Positions 34,200 through 34,276 of a DNA stretch of 34,276 nucleotides are shown piece after piece. The translations under genes and the position numbers were made by a program. The first letter of the stretch is position 1. Every line of letters starts with the position of its first letter. Origin of the DNA: Candidatus Aenigmatarchaeota archaeon (GTDB lineage: Archaea; Aenigmatarchaeota; Aenigmatarchaeia; JACPZZ01); NCBI GenBank assembly GCA_016177205.1, contig JACOVS010000023.1:1-34276 (forward strand), read 5' to 3'. The notes under the pieces are model-generated. The model worked only from the letters and a program-made list of their open reading frames with translations. It was not told the DNA's origin and searched no databases.

Positions 34200-34276
34200 G
34201 GGCCTGTAGCTCAGCTTGGTAGAGCGACGGTCTTATAAGGCCCGCAAGCATGGAAAACCGACGTATGCTATGCATA
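34200..34276 (+). tRNA. 5' portion of a tRNA gene (acceptor 5' strand, D-arm, anticodon stem 5' strand, loop CTTATAA = anticodon UAU, Ile?) followed by non-tRNA sequence; cut by the window end
   Basis: GGGCCTG TA GCTC AGCTTGGTA GAGC G ACGGT CTTATAA, then GGCCCGCAAGCATGGAAAACCGACG..., which does not complete the anticodon stem. This implies an intron or a split gene. Confidence 0.5.

Noticed and set aside
1-34276. Defence island, prophage or mobile element
   Set aside because: I recognised no integrase, transposase, restriction, toxin-antitoxin, cas or phage structural genes. The tRNA genes are not flanked by direct repeats resembling att sites, apart from the palindromic motif discussed separately.

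Overview
The window is a compact archaeal chromosomal segment. Nearly all genes are on the minus strand, many have 1-4 nt stop/start overlaps, and TATA-like boxes lie about 25 nt upstream of start codons. Archaeal markers are topoisomerase VI A/B, thermosome, aIF-1A, EF-1alpha, tRNA-splicing endonuclease, geranylgeranyl reductase and a Dim2-like KH protein. Gene density and intron-containing or atypical tRNA genes suggest a small-genome, possibly DPANN-like archaeon, but this is inference only.

The first two thirds is mostly housekeeping: pheS/pheT, a trpB-trpA-trpS operon, glyS, tuf, top6AB and tRNA-Phe. It also carries a tRNA with two apparent non-canonical introns.

The main accessory feature is a roughly 10 kb minus-strand type IV pilus-like locus at about 21052-31247. 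It encodes:
- six proteins with class III (prepilin-like) signal peptides
- an 816-aa FlaI/TadA-like ATPase with an N-terminal extension of roughly 280-300 aa
- a platform protein split into two genes, one with a tetracysteine loop
- a tandemly duplicated cassette pairing a pilin with a 2-TM miniprotein
- a 606-aa pilin-like candidate adhesin
- a roughly 320-nt non-coding gap that folds like a structured RNA on the opposite strand

Other items worth a second look:
- a nested palindromic repeat array between endA and tRNA-Phe, with another copy at the window start
- a 4xCBS protein whose C-terminus resembles an HPF/RaiA domain
- a winged-helix ORF with no start codon
- a tRNA 5' portion at the window end that is either intron-containing or split

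No transposase, integrase, CRISPR array or recognisable defence genes were seen.
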